From: Cyanophora paradoxa CCMP329 | Taxonomy: Eukaryota > Plantae > Glaucophyta | Reading direction: 5' to 3' | NCBI GenBank assembly: GCA_004431415.1 | Contig: QPMI01000517.1 | Location: forward strand, 62,001-126,000 | DNA: 64,000 nucleotides | Part shown: positions 47,462 through 61,200 of the stretch, one piece after another | Numbering within the stretch: the stretch's first letter is position 1 | Layout of the letters: the number at the start of each line of letters is the position of its first letter | Program-made: the position numbers and the translations under genes | The notes under the pieces: generated by a model | Told to the model about the DNA's origin: nothing | The model's database searches: none | What the model saw: only the letters and a program-made list of their open reading frames with translations

Positions 47462-49685
47462 TTACTGCCAGAAGGTCAGTTCCAGGGGCCAGCGGGAGGA
47501 GCCGAGGCCGATGCGCCCAGAGTAGAAGATGTGGGACGGGAGGCTAGAAAGCGGAAAGAGGTGACGGCGGCGGGCGGGGGTGAGGCGAAGCTCCCGAGGG
47601 CCACCGACCAGGTGGTGCTGGGCTGGGAGGGGAGCAGGAGGCCCAGAGGGCCGGACGCTGGGAAGCGTCGGAGGGAAGCGATCAGGGCCGCGCGCAGCCG
47701 GGAGTCGACCGTAAGGACGGTCGGGGCGCTCGCGCGGACGCTGCCAAGCCACGGATCGTCCTCGAAGGCGACGTGGTGGTGCTCGGCAAGCGGGGCGTCT
47801 AGGTGCGTGCGGCACCGCGAGAGGAGGGCCCGATGCAGCGACGGGGCGCGAGCACCGTCGCGGGAACCGCGGTCGGCGAAGACGTTGGCCGCGCGGGCAA
47901 ATGGCGGGCGGAGATCGAGACGCCGAGAGCCGCGCAGCGGTGCCAGAGGCGAGCGCTCAGGTCAAAGAGGCGGGCCGAACCGCCGCCCCGAGCGACTGCC
48001 GCGACGGCGGAGCGGTTGTCGCAGCGGATGAGAACGTGCGCACCCACCGGAAGGGCGGGGAAGAGCTCGTCCGCGGCGGCCACGATCGCGCGAAGCTCGC
48101 GTTCGTTGCTGCTGGTCTCGCCGCGCCGCATGGGGCCCTCGCTCGCGCGGAGTTCGGGGGGGAAGGTGCCGAAGACGGACCACGCGGGGCGTTGGCGGAC
48201 GGCCGTGGGGTCGGCGGACTCGAGCTGATCGAGGAAGGCGGCGTAGCCGTAGCCGGAGGCGTCCGTGAACAGCCGGAAGAAGGTCCGAGGCGTCCAGATG
48301 GGGTGCGCCGGGCGCTCCGGGCGTTGGAGGGCCGCTTGGAGCCAGCGGAGGCAGTCGAGTGCTGGGCCTTCGATGGTGACGGCCGACTGATTGAAGGGGT
48401 CGGCGAGGGCGTCCGAGGTCGACATGAGGCCGAAAAGTGGCCGAGTCATGAGACGAACGGCCGGGAACGCCATGCGCAGCGCGATGAGTGAGCCCGCCAG
48501 CTTTTGCAGATCGCGAGCCGACGCCGTGAGGCCGCGGGGGCCGGGCGCCCGGTCGAGGACGCCGGCGAGGCGGGCGAGCGTTTTTGCGACCTTCTTCGGG
48601 GTCACCGCGAAAACGCCGCGGTCGGGACGGACGTCGATCTCGATGCCGAGGTACTCGGTGCACTGGGTCGGTGTGAAGTCGGACTTTTCCGAGAACGTAA
48701 TGCCTAGCTCGGGCGCGCAAGCACGTAGGTGCTGGGAGACGAGCTCCGCGATTTCGCGCGACGGGCAGATGAACAGGCCGTCGTCGATGTACGTGCAGAG
48801 CTTCACGCCAGCGCTGCCCAGTACTTGGCAAAGGCGCGCGTGACCTTCGTGAAGGCGAAGCAGGCGATGTTCACGCCGAAGCAAAGGGCCTGGTAAATGT
48901 AGAGTTTGCCGCGCCAACGGAACGCCAGGAGGCGCTGGGTGTCCTTGTTCAGGGCGATGTGATAGTAGCCTTTTTTAAGGTCGAACTTCACGAGCCAGCA
49001 GCCGGGGTGAGGTAGGACGCAACCTCGTCCAGTGTTTGGTACCGGAACGTCGGCAAGCGGATGAACGGGTTCACGGGGTGGCGTCGAGGCACAGGCGGAA
49101 CTTGTCTGGGCCGGCCTTGTCGACCACCAAGAGCGAAGACTCGTTAACGACGAGCTGTTCGTCTTCCTCGGTGGCAAGGCGGGTGACGCCGAGGCGCAGC
49201 ATCGCCGCGACCTCGCTGTCCACGAAGGCTTCGTGTTCTGGGGTCCGGTGGCACGAGGGGCGTGGGCCCTCGGCGCGCGTGCGGGGAATGTCTGCTAACG
49301 ACGCTGCCGGCGTGCCGTCGGCGTGCTGGAGTGGGAGGCGCAAGCCTTTGCGCAGGATGAGGCCCACCCACGAGGGGACCGTCGTGTCAGCCCGCCGGAA
49401 GTAAGCCCGCCAGGCATGCACGTAATGCTGGAGTTGCCCCGCCCGAAACTTCTGTGCGGCCGCCGCGAAATCGTACGGGCCGGGGTCCCCGTGTGCAGCT
49501 ACGAGTGCTCGCAATTTTGCGAATGGGTCGCGCACAAAGACACGCGGTGTACTCGAGGGTACAGACAGCGGTACAGGCGGCGGACGCGACTGGTCACAGT
49601 CTACTGGAAGGGTCGTGGCGGGGGAACGGCTGGCACGGGGGGCCCTTGCGGTCGGCGGCAGCCGCCGGAGGGGGTGTCGCCGCAA
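47462..49685 (-). CDS. Reverse transcriptase-RNase H (frameshifted)
   Basis: KFRLCLD, FDLKKGYYHI, LCFG, YIDD, YLG; RNase H TDASGYG, NEREL, RCDN. Confidence 0.92.
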
Positions 49686-49711
49686 ACACCCGCGCCAGGA
49701 GTGGAAGCGGC

Positions 49712-52700
49712 TCAGCCGTCGGCCGGCGGCTGCGGCTTGCGCCGGGGGGCCGCTGGACGGCGCCGCCGCGGCCTCCGCCCCGCTGACGGTGGTGGGTTGG
49801 GGCTGGGCCGGCTGGGCAGTCCCGTACTGCCGCCGGGCCTGCTTCCAGGCGCGCCCGCGCTGCTGGCCGCGGTGGGTTGGCCCGCCGGAGCCGGGGTCCT
49901 CGACGTCACCGTCGTCGTCGTAGGAGAAGGTCGCGACGCCGCCGTAGGAGTGGGCTGACCGAGGGTCGGTCCGGGCGGAGGAGCAGGTGGGGCGGACGGA
50001 CCGGCCTGCGAGGCCTGGGAGAAGAGCGCCGCATGGGAGAGTGTGGGGCGAGTGGGGGCCTTGTCCGGGCGGGCTGCGGAAGCTCCGTGCGAGCGAGCGG
50101 TGGCATCATGAAGAAGGAGCTCCGCTTGCGGCTCGTCCGGCCGTAGGACGACAGTAGCTCCCGTGGCTCCGTCCACGCGCTCACGCTGTCTTGCAGCCGC
50201 TTGAGGAGACGCTTGAAGAGCGGGTCGTCCTCGAGGCAGGCCTGGAGCACCGCCGACGTCTGGGCGATGTCCCGAAGCTTCTTGTAGACCGGGCGGGTGA
50301 GGGCGTTCCAGTCCGTCAGGAGTTGGCCGAGGGGGCCGGTCGGGCCGCCGGGTAGGCGGTTGATGACGTCGCCGACCTGGTCGAACGCCGCGATGGCCTG
50401 GCGGAGTTCCGAGTTGCCCATGTCGCGCAGCACCAGGCCGTGGGAGAAGCGCGCCAGATCGCGCATGCAGGCGATGCCGTACTTGGCAAGAGCCGTGGTG
50501 ATGCGCTCGTCGGGAAGGGTCGCTGCTGACTGTCGCCGGGGAAGACGGCGTTGTCGAAGCACGACTCGATTTCCTTGATACGGGCGGCCAAGTCCGTGAC
50601 GCGGGCGGAGTTGTCGACCGCCGTGGAGGGAATGTTGAGCTTGGCGAAGGCCGTCTCGCGCAGCGTGAGCTCGGGAGGCCCTCGTAGACGAGGGGGGGCT
50701 CGGCCGGTGGCGCGGCCTTCTCTGCCGCCGTCGCCTTGGCCTGGGCGGTGGCGCCCTTCGCCTTGTCGTCGCCGCGCGCCTTCTTGGGGGCCGGAGCCTC
50801 TGCAAAAAGGCATGTCGGCCGGGCTGTGGCCGACCGCGGAAAACAATCAGCGCGGACCGAGGGGAGCCTTCTCCTTGGCGTGGCCGCGCGTCGCCTTGCC
50901 GCTGTACACTGGGGCAGCGGATTCTGCACGATCCCGGGTCAGTGTGACGGAGGGAGGGTTTGGGCTGCGGCGGCCACGAGTCCGTACCGGACTCGGAGGG
51001 AGCGTCGACGTGGGGACTGGCGTCCTGCGGCGTCGAGGTGTCGTCCGAGTCCCAGTCGCCGGCCCAGTCGTCCTCGCCGGCGGGTTCGTCGCCGGGGCGT
51101 CGGATTCCGCCTCGTCCTCCATCTCCGCGTCGCTGGGGACGAACGGTCGGGCGCGGGTGGAGGATGAGGTCGGGGGCTGCTCTGTCGGCGCTGCGGCGGC
51201 GGGCGGGGCGAGCTTCTGCGCGGCCTGGGTGGCCCCGCGGCTGCCGGAGCGGCGGCGGGGACCCCACGGGGGCCGGCGGCGAGTGGCGCGGCGGTGTGGG
51301 GAGCGGCCTGCCGGGGCGGGAGCTGCGGGCCGGCGGGCGGCATCCGGAAGCCGGGGTCGGCGGGCCGAACCAGTCGGTCTGCGGGCCCCGAAGCCCGGGA
51401 ACATGCCGGCGCCGTGGTTGGCGGTGCCGGAGGAGGGCCAGGGAGCCGCGAAATGCGGGGGCGCCTGGACGACCCAGCCCGCTGGCGTGACCGTGGAAGC
51501 GGCCGAGTAGCGGGGCTGCTGCTGGTGCTGCAGGAACGGGGACGGAACTCCCGCGGGCCAGAACGGGGGAGGCGGGCCGCCGCCGGCCATGCTGGCGAGG
51601 CCGGCTTGCAGCATGGACGCCGCGAGCGCCTGCGGGTTGGCCGGCGGAACGGGCGGCAGGTCGGAGACCGCGGGGGCCGGGTTCGGCGTGGAAGGTCGCG
51701 GGTCTCGGCGAACTGCAGGGCCTTGTCGCGGTCGGCTGCGGTGAAGTGGGCCGGGTCAGAAAGTCGGGCCAGGCGAATCTCAAGGGGGTCGCCTAGGCGG
51801 GGGTGAGCCGCCGGGGAGGCCAGCGGGCGCGTGGACGGACCGGTCTTGGCCTTGCGGCTCTTGGCGGGTTTGGGTGGCGGGGCCTGTGCTTCCGCCTCCT
51901 CGGCGGGTGAAGGCGGGGCGTCTGACTCGCCGCCTTCGTCGGCTGAGTCTGCGGGCGCCGGGGGGGCCTTCGGGGCCGAGGCCTCGGTCGCCTTGGTCCG
52001 CTTAGGCGGGCGGGTCGACCGCGAGGCGCGCGGGCGGTCGACGTCGTCGTCCGCGTCCGCGTCGGCGGTGTCGGTGTTCCCGGCCGCAGCCGCCGGCTTG
52101 GCAGGCGCGGGGCGGCGCGGAGGAGCGAGGCCGGTGGGCGGGCTGTCCCTGCGCGGCGGGTGGGCGGCGGTAAAAAATGAGCGGGGGTGGGTAGCGCACC
52201 GGCGCGCTTCTGGCCGGAGGGGTGCCGAGGGGCCGCGGCCGCTCCATGTGCCACCTTCGGAGCCCGTGCTCGCTGCCCGCGAAAAAAGAAGCATCGGCAG
52301 CGAGCGTGGGCGAGGCGAGAGGGGGTAATGTGTGCGCGGACCGACTTGGGGTCCGCTGGGGGTGCGCTGGCGGTGGCGGCGGTGGCAGCGTCGGCGTCGC
52401 CGAGGCCGCGGCGCCGCGGCGTTTTCGCGCGGCCTCCGCCGCCTTCAAGATGTGGGGGAAGTACAGGCTGACGGCCTTGTGGGCCGGCTGGTCCCAGTCG
52501 CGCAGCACCGCGGAGGCGTCCCAGTGGGCCGGGTGGAAGCCGCAAGCGCGAGAGAAGTCGGCGAACGAGAACTGCGAAGCGGGCGACCGCTGAGTGCGCT
52601 GGCGTGCAGCGAGCGCGCGGCGGGCGGACTTTTCCGAAGGGGACGGTGCCGACTGTCAGGCCGCCCGGAAGAGATGCCGGCCACTCGCGTTTTGGAGAGA

Positions 52701-53273
52701 CGCGGGCCGGACCGGGGGCCAGGCCGAAGGCGGCGACGATGTCGTTGCGCAGGATCTTGCGGTGATCGCGGGAGAGCGCCTTGCTTTTCTCGATGAAGGT
52801 GACAAGCAAGGGCCGGAGCCAGCCGTGGGCGTCGGCTACCGCCGTCTTGGAGTACTTGGGGACTGACTCGGGGACCAGGCGTAGAGCTGAGTGAGCGCAC
52901 CGAGCGCCGTCACTTTTTCCCAGGGTTCGAGGGCCGCCCAGTCACTGTGGAGGGTGAGGGCGCGGCACGGTGAGCGAGGAGTGGCGTACCGGCACGGAAT
53001 GTCGTCGTAGTAAATCGGGAACCCTCGCGGGAGGCCGACAGGGATGGTGCCGTACTTGTAGCCGTAGAACTCCGTGACCTCGAGGCAGGTGGCGCCGAAG
53101 GTAGCCAGGAGTACGGCGGCCGACTCGCCGAAGCGGAGTACCGCCTCGTTGAACAGCTCCCGCGGAACCGAGTCGCGCACCTCCGAGTAGTCGCTGGCGA
53201 TCGCGGTTAACGCGTGACGTCGAGAGGCGGGGCATGCGGACATGTAGCCAGGGCTGGTGGGTCGGAAGAACAC
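49712..53273 (-). CDS. Gag-like/ORF1 region of the YR element, apparently spliced
   Basis: ORF pieces are joined in frame by GT-AG introns (e.g. 50800-50857, 52590-52629). Low-complexity plus helical segments. May be more than one gene. Confidence 0.5.
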
Positions 53274-53689
53274 GGGGCGACGGCGTAGAAACTAGCCTCG
53301 TCGACCGCGAAAGCGATGATCGGGACGAGAGAAGTGACCAGCATGGTTGACGCGTCCGCCGGGCGAGACTGTCAGGCCGTCGGTTAATAAGCGAGCGGGG
53401 GTCATGCAGGCGTGACGGGGCGGCCCACCATGAGACCGCCGTCGAGCGTGCCGCTGGAGAGGAACGGGGGAAGATCCCCGCCGTCGTCGCGCAGTCGCCG
53501 CAGAAGAGGAGGCGATGCGGTTCGGGCGCGTGGCGCCAGTAGTCGATGATCATGGAGGCGGACACGCTCATCGCCTTGCTGCCGCTGCCGGCGTCCTTAT
53601 CTGCGCGGGGCCGTGTCAGCCGGTGTGTTGCGGCTGCGGCGTGGCGGGGAGGGCGGGGAGGCTAGATAGAGGAGCGCGGTGCGGCGCGC

Positions 53690-54380
53690 GTCGACTCTCG
53701 CGGGGTCTGCCGTCGGAGCCGACGGGGAACGCCGCTGCCTCGCCGGTGCGCGCGCCGGGCTCCGCCGGGGCACCGCGCGGGAGAGGACGGAGCACGTAAC
53801 TGTGACTCAACGTCCCGCGGGGCTCGCCGGCGTGCCGGGCGCGAGCTTCTCCGCCTTCTCGCCAGTGCGCGCGCCGGGCTCTGCCGGGGCACTGCGCGAG
53901 GTGGGACGGAGCACGCGGCCCGTGCATCTACGTCCCGCGGGCCCGCCGGCGCGCCGGTGGGTCGCGCCGCCTTCCTGTCGATGTACGCGCCGGGCTCCGC
54001 CGGGACATCACACAGGGAAAAAAGGAGGGGAGCGGAGCACGCGGGCGTGCCTGGACGCTCTGCGGGGTTCGCCGGCGCGCCGGCCGCGAGCCTCTCCGCC
54101 TTCTCGCCAGTGCACGCGCCGGTCTCCGCCGGGGCACTGCGCGAGGTGGGACGGAGCACGCGACCCGTGCCTCGACGTCCCGCGGGAGACCCCGGCGCGC
54201 CGGTGGGTCTCGCCGCCTTCCTGTCGATGTACGCGCCGGGCTCCGCCGGGACATCGCACAGGGGAAGAAAGCGGAGCACGCAGTCGTGCCTCGACGCTCT
54301 GCGGGGCTCGCCGGCGCGCCGGCCGCGAGCCGCTCCGCCTTCCTGCCGGTGTGCGCGCCGGGCTCTGCCGGGACACCGCG
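53690..54380. repeat. Degenerate GC-rich tandem repeat (~120-bp subunits, ~245-bp period) in the YR element 5' region
   Basis: Recurring ..GCGCCGGGCTCCGCCGGG..CGGAGCACG blocks. Confidence 0.7.
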
Positions 54381-55057
54381 CAAGGTATGATGATGGCGGC
54401 CGCCGAGGTCCTGGAGCGCCACCGTTTTTGGCTCTCTCGCTCGGTGGCCGCCGTCATCTGCGCCGCGCCGCCGGCATGTCAGGCAGGGCATGGCGGCGCG
54501 GGTGTGGTCGGGGCGGCTTCGAGGCGGAGTTCGTCGCGCCCGTCATCGCCGCGTCGACCCAGCCGTCGCGAGGCCATGCGCGAGATGCGTAAGTGTGCGT
54601 CGCGACGGAATCGAGAAGGGAAAACAAAGAAAAGGAAGGGCTGTCGGGCTCAGACACTTAAACGAGCGAGACTCTTCTGAGATAGTGCTCGGGCTAGGGT
54701 TCTAAGTGCACGGCCGCGGTTGGCGGCACGGCCCCGAGATAGCCGGTCGAAGATCTTCTAACCGACGGGCGGCCGGGCCGAGAACGAGCGTACCGGGCTT
54801 TAGGAAGCCCCAGTTGTAAGAGTCCAAGAGCGACTGAGAGGATCCGTCGGACTGCCAGGGCATCATCCAGGAAGACTGAACGCCGTCAGGCCACGGATCG
54901 AGCAAGGTTCGCTGGATCGCGCCCGCCGCAGGGATTTGGAGAAGAAGCGCTGAGCTAGCTTGCTCCACTGCAGGCTGGCGTGGCCGGTCGGCGGAATCGC
55001 CGATTCGGGTGCGTTCGGCTGCGTCATGCTGAACGCAGGTGGTATGAACTGGCTGTG

Positions 55058-55369
55058 GCGATTTCGCTTCGCCGCTGGGTGCCTGGTCAAGCTGGCAACC
55101 AAGGACGAAGTTATGCCGAAGGGCAGCCGAAGGAATGGCCGTACCCCGGCCTTCGTTCGCCTCAGGGCGCGACCGAATCAAATTCTGAGTTCTCCCCGGA
55201 GTCGGTGCAGAACTCGAATTCTGCTATACCGTGCTCGAGGCCCGGACCCGTCGCTTAGGCCGGTCCGGTCGCTCGGTCCTTCTAGCTAAGGTAGGCAGTT
55301 GGCGCTCTGGCTTCTCTTCTATTCATTCCGTCGGCGCAAAACTCGGTTTACGCTTAATTGCGCAAACCC
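55058..55369 (-). repeat. Split direct repeat A1 (312 bp)
   Basis: Matches 45497-45808. Confidence 0.93.
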
Positions 55370-56073
55370 CGAGCTGCGCGAGCAGCACTTCAGCCTGGCA
55401 GCAACAACCTACGTATGCGTGTATAAATATATATATATACCGTAGTACGTGTCACGATCATGTTATTCGAGCGGCTTCGATGACGATTTCGCGTTCGAGC
55501 ACTACCAGTTCGAATTCCAGTGCAGCAATTGGAACAGGGCGTCGAATTCGTCGTTTCAAGTTTTCTCTTTCGAGATCTTGTCTGCTTGCTCTAGATGTGT
55601 ATATATATCATATGCATTTGCTTTACGGTTCGGATCCATGCGGATCGAATACTTCTGAACACGGGTTTCGATCGAGAGCATATGCATGTGGCCCATGTCC
55701 ACTGTAGTCGATCGATATCGTTGGCCGTGGGTCGAGCCTATAGCCGGCGCACCTGCATGCGCAGCCCGCGGCCGTGCACCCCCAACTGCAGGTCGATCTG
55801 CACTGCCCGGGCGGGCACGAGATCCAGAGCGGCGGTAGAGGGGGCCAGGGCGCGCGGTCGGGACCCGACTCCAAATCGAGTGAGGGGTCGCAGAGCCTGA
55901 GAGGGGAGTACTAGTTGGAGAGGGGACAATGTAGCGCGGGACAATGAATTGTCAATGAGTCTGTCATTCGTCTATTAGATTAGATTCTATTGTTCTTCAA
56001 TGGTGCAATCCAAATTACAGAGCGCGGAAAGTCCCCTAGGCCTGTGGCTGGCCGCGGCCAAGGCCTCCTCAGA

Positions 56074-56437
56074 AGATCGAGGCCTAGGCCTCCTCGAGAG
56101 GCTTGGACGGCGCCGCCTGCACCCCCGCCTCGCCCTTGGCCTTGGGCTTCTTTGGCTGATCATGATTCTATTATCAATATTCTTCTATCAGAACATATTG
56201 TTTTAATAGATCGAGGCCTCCTCAAGGGGCTTGGGGGGCGCCGCCGGCGCCCCCGCCTCGCCCTTGGGCTTCTTTGGCTGATCATGATTCTATTATCAAT
56301 ATTCTTCTAATAGAACACATTGTTCTTCCAGAGTCTACGTTCGGGGTGGCCCTATAGATCTAAAAGATCGAGGCCTCCTCGAGGGGCTTGGGGGGCGCCG
56401 CCGGCGCGGGCGCCCCCGCCTCGCCCTTGGGCTTCTT
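56074..56437. repeat. Three tandem partial copies of the photolyase last exon/3' UTR
   Basis: AGATCGAGGCCT...CCCCGCCTCGCCCTTGG..GCTTCTT repeated at ~56074, 56208 and 56365. Confidence 0.7.
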
Positions 56438-58102
56438 CGCGGCGGGGGCCGCCTCCCCCGCCCCGGGACCCGCCCCGGCGGCCTTGCCCTTGCCCTTGCC
56501 TGCGCACCGCGCGCGCCCCGTCAGAGGAGGCGGGGCCGATCAGAGAAGGCGAGGTCGACAGATAGCCGCTGCCCCCGAATTAACAGGGTAAATTAAAGCA
56601 CCGGGGCGAACGTTTAAAGTAACAAAGCGAATGAAAGCAACAAATTATAAAAGGACGAGGCCGACAGCCGCGGACCGCTGCCCGCGGGAGCTAGACCCGT
56701 CCCGCATCCGACTTATTACATTAGAGCAACGGAATGTAAAAGACGGCCCCGAAGCCGTCTGAAACTATGACCTTAAAGACGGCCCGGGGGCCGCCTCCGC
56801 GACGATGCAGCAAACGGGCGGGAGTCTTTCGGACCTTTGCCCTTGCCCTTGGCCGAGGAGGAGGAGGAGGAGACCATGGAGGCGAGGGTGGCCTGCGGGG
56901 CGGACGGGGGGGATACGGGACTCAAATTCGAGGGCGCGGGCTGGGGCGCGGGGCGCGGGGCGCGGGCACCTGGACGGCGACGGGCCCGCCGGCCGCCCGC
57001 TGTTCCAGCGTCCGCACCTTCGCCACGTACGCCTGTGCCCCGGCGAGCTCGATTGAGAGGGAGAGGAGGACCTCAGAAGGGAGGGGTGGTGGTGGTGGGG
57101 GTCGCATATTGGGTGGGTGGGGGGAGGGAGGGGGGGGGGGGGGTGGTGGCGGCTCAGCGCGGCTGAAGATGCGCTCGAAGCTGCCGGAGCGAATTGGAAG
57201 CGAGGGGGCGGGCGGCTCGAGCTGAGCTTGGCGTCTGAAAGACCCTACGACTCAAGAAGAAGCTTTTCTAAAGCTTGAGGTAAAAATCCCAGAGCCCATA
57301 TTAAAGCTAAAAGTAAAGGTTATAAAGCTTGGAGCTCAAAGCTTCCAGGACACAAAATCCCTATTAAAACTCGCGCGCCTTGATGTCGAGCTTGCGCTCG
57401 AGGCCGCCGGCGTTCATGTAGCGGATGAGGCCGAAGACGGGGCGCTCGGGGCCCCACGGCCGGTCGTGCTTCCCTGCGGCGGCGGCCGGGCCCGGTCCGT
57501 CAGCCAAGCAAGCCTCATAAAGCCTCAGGGAGAAGAAGGGAGCCTCTACCTCCCCCTCCCCCCCTCCCCCCCCTCGCCCCCCGCCCCTCGCACCGAAGAC
57601 CCAGGCGACGCCGGTGAAGGAGTTGGGGCCCCGCCCGTCCAGCTCGTACCTGCCGCCCAGCTGTGAGCAGGAGCGGAGGGGGAATGAAGGGGTGGGGGGG
57701 AGGCGGGGGGGGGGAGTGGGAGGGGGCGACGGGGAGGGAAGGGGGGTGGGGTGGAGGGATGAGGGGGGTGGGGAGGGGGCGACGGGTAGGGGAGGGGTGG
57801 GGGGTGTAGGGGTGTAGGGTGGGGAGGGGGCGACGGGGAGGGGAGGGGTGGGGGGTGTAGGGGTGTAGGGGTGTGGGTGTGTGTGTGTGTTGGGGGGGGG
57901 GGGGGGGGGGGGAGGGAGGGGGGGGGGAGGGGTGCAGAAGTAGAGGGGGCGAGTGGCGTCCCAGATCCTAGGGACTAGGACGCGGTATCCAATGATTCTA
58001 CTCGATTCTATTATATCCTGTTAGCTCCTTCTGTTAGACTCTATCATTCTCCTCCTATCGCCCGCACTTGTTGTTGAGGTAGAGGGCGGTCTCGAAGGCC
58101 TC
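56360..58102 (-). CDS. phr: Class II CPD photolyase, 3' exons only
   Basis: Exons 58102-58068, 57649-57594, 57473-57379 and 57032-56970 splice to [65 protein letters not shown], the class II C-terminal signature. Confidence 0.9.
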
Positions 58103-58275
58103 CTGAGACCAGCGAGGCCAGGGATTCTTCGTGTACCCCGAAAAAAGGGGCTTCCTTAGAACTTCTTTCCTGCTCGTGCAAAAGCGCGGGAGGACCAGCG
58201 GACAGCACAGAAGCACTCGGTAGCCTCTGGCGAGCCTGGTGATACCGAAATCAACGGAATTCCGGAGATGGAGGT

Positions 58276-61200
58276 ATGCCGGCCGTCCTCTCACGTTTCG
58301 CTTTAAATCCGGACCATTCGCCACCAAATCTTTGGAATAGAAGCTGTCTGCGCCCAGGGGAAGCCCTCTGGCGCGTGCCTTGCGCCCAGATAAAAAGTTT
58401 CAAATTTTCCCTCGCCCTCGCCACCGAATCCCTTGCACTGGCGGCGCCGGGACCACACCTGCCTTCTAGCGCTAGCTATAGCTCTAACTCTCAAAAACAC
58501 CCCTCCGTCGCCGCGTTTCGTCGTTCGGCCCGCCGGGAATTTGGATTTTGCTCGGAGGCCCGCCGGGCGCCCACGGAATTTGATCTCCGACTTTCGAGTC
58601 GTGATTCGGAATGTCCCTTCGCCGATCGAGCTTTTCCCGGACCCGGGTCAAGCTCAGGCGATTCAGTCGTGCCTACTCTGCGAACGGTGCCGATCCATTC
58701 CAGTCCGAACAGTCCCTGCCGGCGCCCTGGCCGTGCCCCTGCAAGAAGCTCTAGTGACGCTAGCGAATCTCTGTCTCTGATTCTGCACGATGACGCTCGC
58801 GTCTTCGTTGCGCAGCAGCAGAATCCATTCACCGCCGCGGGAGCTGGCCCAGCGCCGCCGATCCCTGTCCACAACGCGTATGACGGCCTGGATCTCGATG
58901 AACTCGGTACAACGGACATCGCAGCTGCGAACGCAGCGGCTATCGCTGCAATCGGCAGCACCGATGACAGTCAGAGCGCGCCCAGCCCGACTCTCGGCCT
59001 GTCGCGTGTGCGCATCTCGGACCGCGAGTCGAGCGAGGAGCCGCCGGCAAAGACGCCGCGCACAGCGTTCATCGAAACAGGAGCGTCCTCAGCGGCAGCC
59101 GAAGTCATTGCCAAGGTCGTTGGCGAGTACGCCGGCAGTAATCCAACAGCACCAGTAGGCACGATCGTTACGCACGTAGCGGCAACGTCGCCTCTCTGGC
59201 GCCACCTAGCAGCGGAAGACTACAGCAACTCCTATGCGCAGTACCTTCGGAATGGCTCCAACACGCTGGGCATCTCGCTCAGCGAGTCGCTGGACACGAT
59301 CGCCCGCGAGTTCAACATCAACCGCGACATCGTGGGCGAGATCAGCGGCAAGATAGAGAATGAGATCCGAGCCAAGCACCCGAAAGCGGTGGAGGCTGCC
59401 GGTGCGCTGAACACTCATGATCATGCGTATCTGATGGACGCTGAGATGCCTTGCGCGTCTGCAGACAAGGAACTCGCCGACATCGCCAGCGAGCTGGAAC
59501 AGGACCCGCTCAACCTGAACGTACCACTGGTTCCACCGTGCGCATCTCATACATGTAGATGCTGTACAGAAGGCGGCCCTGAACCGGAACGCAGCGGCGG
59601 CGCTCGGGCTCGGCGGCGGCGGCGGCGGCGGACGGCCAGCGTGGCCCGACACCCGGCAGCAGGTGCGCGAACGTGCGATTAGATCTACAACAGCACGCAG
59701 TTGCTTACCGGGTTTTTGCGGGTAGCGAGCGCCCCCAACTCGAGAAAGCGCGACAGCGAACCGTGGAGCATCGCCCGCCGCGCCCGCCGCTGGCCCGTCA
59801 AGCCTGTGGGTCCAGAAAGACTGCCCTGACATCATCGAGGATCCTCTTACCTTCCGATTGGAGATCAAGTATGAGGACGTGGCTGCTGCAGCGGGCGTCA
59901 CTGCTGCCGGGGACGTCTACGCCCCGGAAGCGGTAACCAAGGCGAAGGAGCACTTGAAGGGCGTGCTCCAGAAGCACAAGGGTCGGCTCAATCATGATCC
60001 GAACAGCCGCAAGCTCACGGTGACCGGCGACCACTCAGTCTTCGAGTTGAACGCGTCGGACCAGCGCTCCTACCAGGCGTTCCTCGCCCTGCACCGCACG
60101 GACCCCGACTCGCTCCGTTTGCCGGCTGTCAAGGGCGGCCGGCCCGAATCCTTCGCGCACTTCCTCCCCCGATACGACAAGAAGCGCACGGGGCTCAACA
60201 AGTTCGTGATGCAGGTAAGCTCGCCACCGCCCCTAAAAGAAGGAACAACCAAGCATAAACGAAGGCCGCGGTGTGCTTGCGCTGAAACCTTGGTCACGGT
60301 GCAGGCTATCGACCTGCCGCCTGACATCCCCGAAGGCGAAGTGGTCCGCAAGGTCGAGAGCATCATCAAAGCGGAGATGCGGCAAACCGCTGCAACGTTC
60401 AAGAAGGAGCGCGGCTACCTGATATCCGAGATCGCCGTATTCGCGGAGCGCGGCCCCGAGCGGGACAAGAAACCGAACAGCATCCAAGCACTGCATACCA
60501 CAAACAGAGTGCGCCGCCCTCAGCTAGCCAGGGCGATGCCGGACGCGCGGCCCGCTGCGAACGCCGGGGCGCAGGTTGTGTTCGCGGTGCCCCCATCCCA
60601 GGACCTGGTCGACAAGCTCACTGGCATGCACCCGTGGCCGGAGCAGCGCATCATGCTGAATCTGATCCGAGGCACTGCTCCGCCGGCACGGATGGAGCGC
60701 GCACAGCACTTCACGATGCTGCACGTCCCCTCGACGATGAACCTGGCCGACGAGAACTTTGCCGCGATCCTCAAAGGCCTCGGGACGGTGCACGAGCCCT
60801 CCTCCTTCACAGCATTTCGGCGAAGGCAGGCGCTCACAGCGAACGCGCAGACTCGAGTCGTCTGGCCCGGCCATTGCAAGGCCGAGAACGCGCTGGTCAC
60901 CTCCACCCCCCAGCCAACGGGCCAGTCGTACGGCAAGCCGAGCCTGTACTTCACGACGACGAACTGGGCGCGCTCCCCGTTCGTCCACCTTGAAGTAAGC
61001 CCCGCGAAGCAGCCGCAAGTTGCAGCCCGCTTCTTCGGCCCGGGATCGGCGAACATGGTGGCGGCGCCAATCGACCTGGTGAAGAAGGCCTACGAGCTCT
61101 GTGGCGAGGGCCGGCCGGGGAGCTCGCCGGCACAGGTAGCGGAGAAGCTGGTGGCCCCGGCGACCCCCGTGCCCCTCCCAGGGATCGGCGGCGTCCTCCT

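Larger units (their letters stand above)
44889..55369 (-). mobile_element. Tyrosine-recombinase (DIRS-order; Ngaro/PAT-like) retrotransposon with split direct repeats
   Basis: In element sense: A1 (55369-55058), gag-like, RT/RH, YR, B1 (46314-45811), A2 (45808-45497), spacer, B2 (45394-44889). Confidence 0.92.

Noticed and set aside
46532-54680. Long + strand ORFs in the YR element
   Set aside because: They are antisense shadows of GC-rich - strand genes and repeats.
57680-57935. Telomere-like G-rich repeats
   Set aside because: This is an irregular low-complexity tract within a photolyase intron with no fixed unit.
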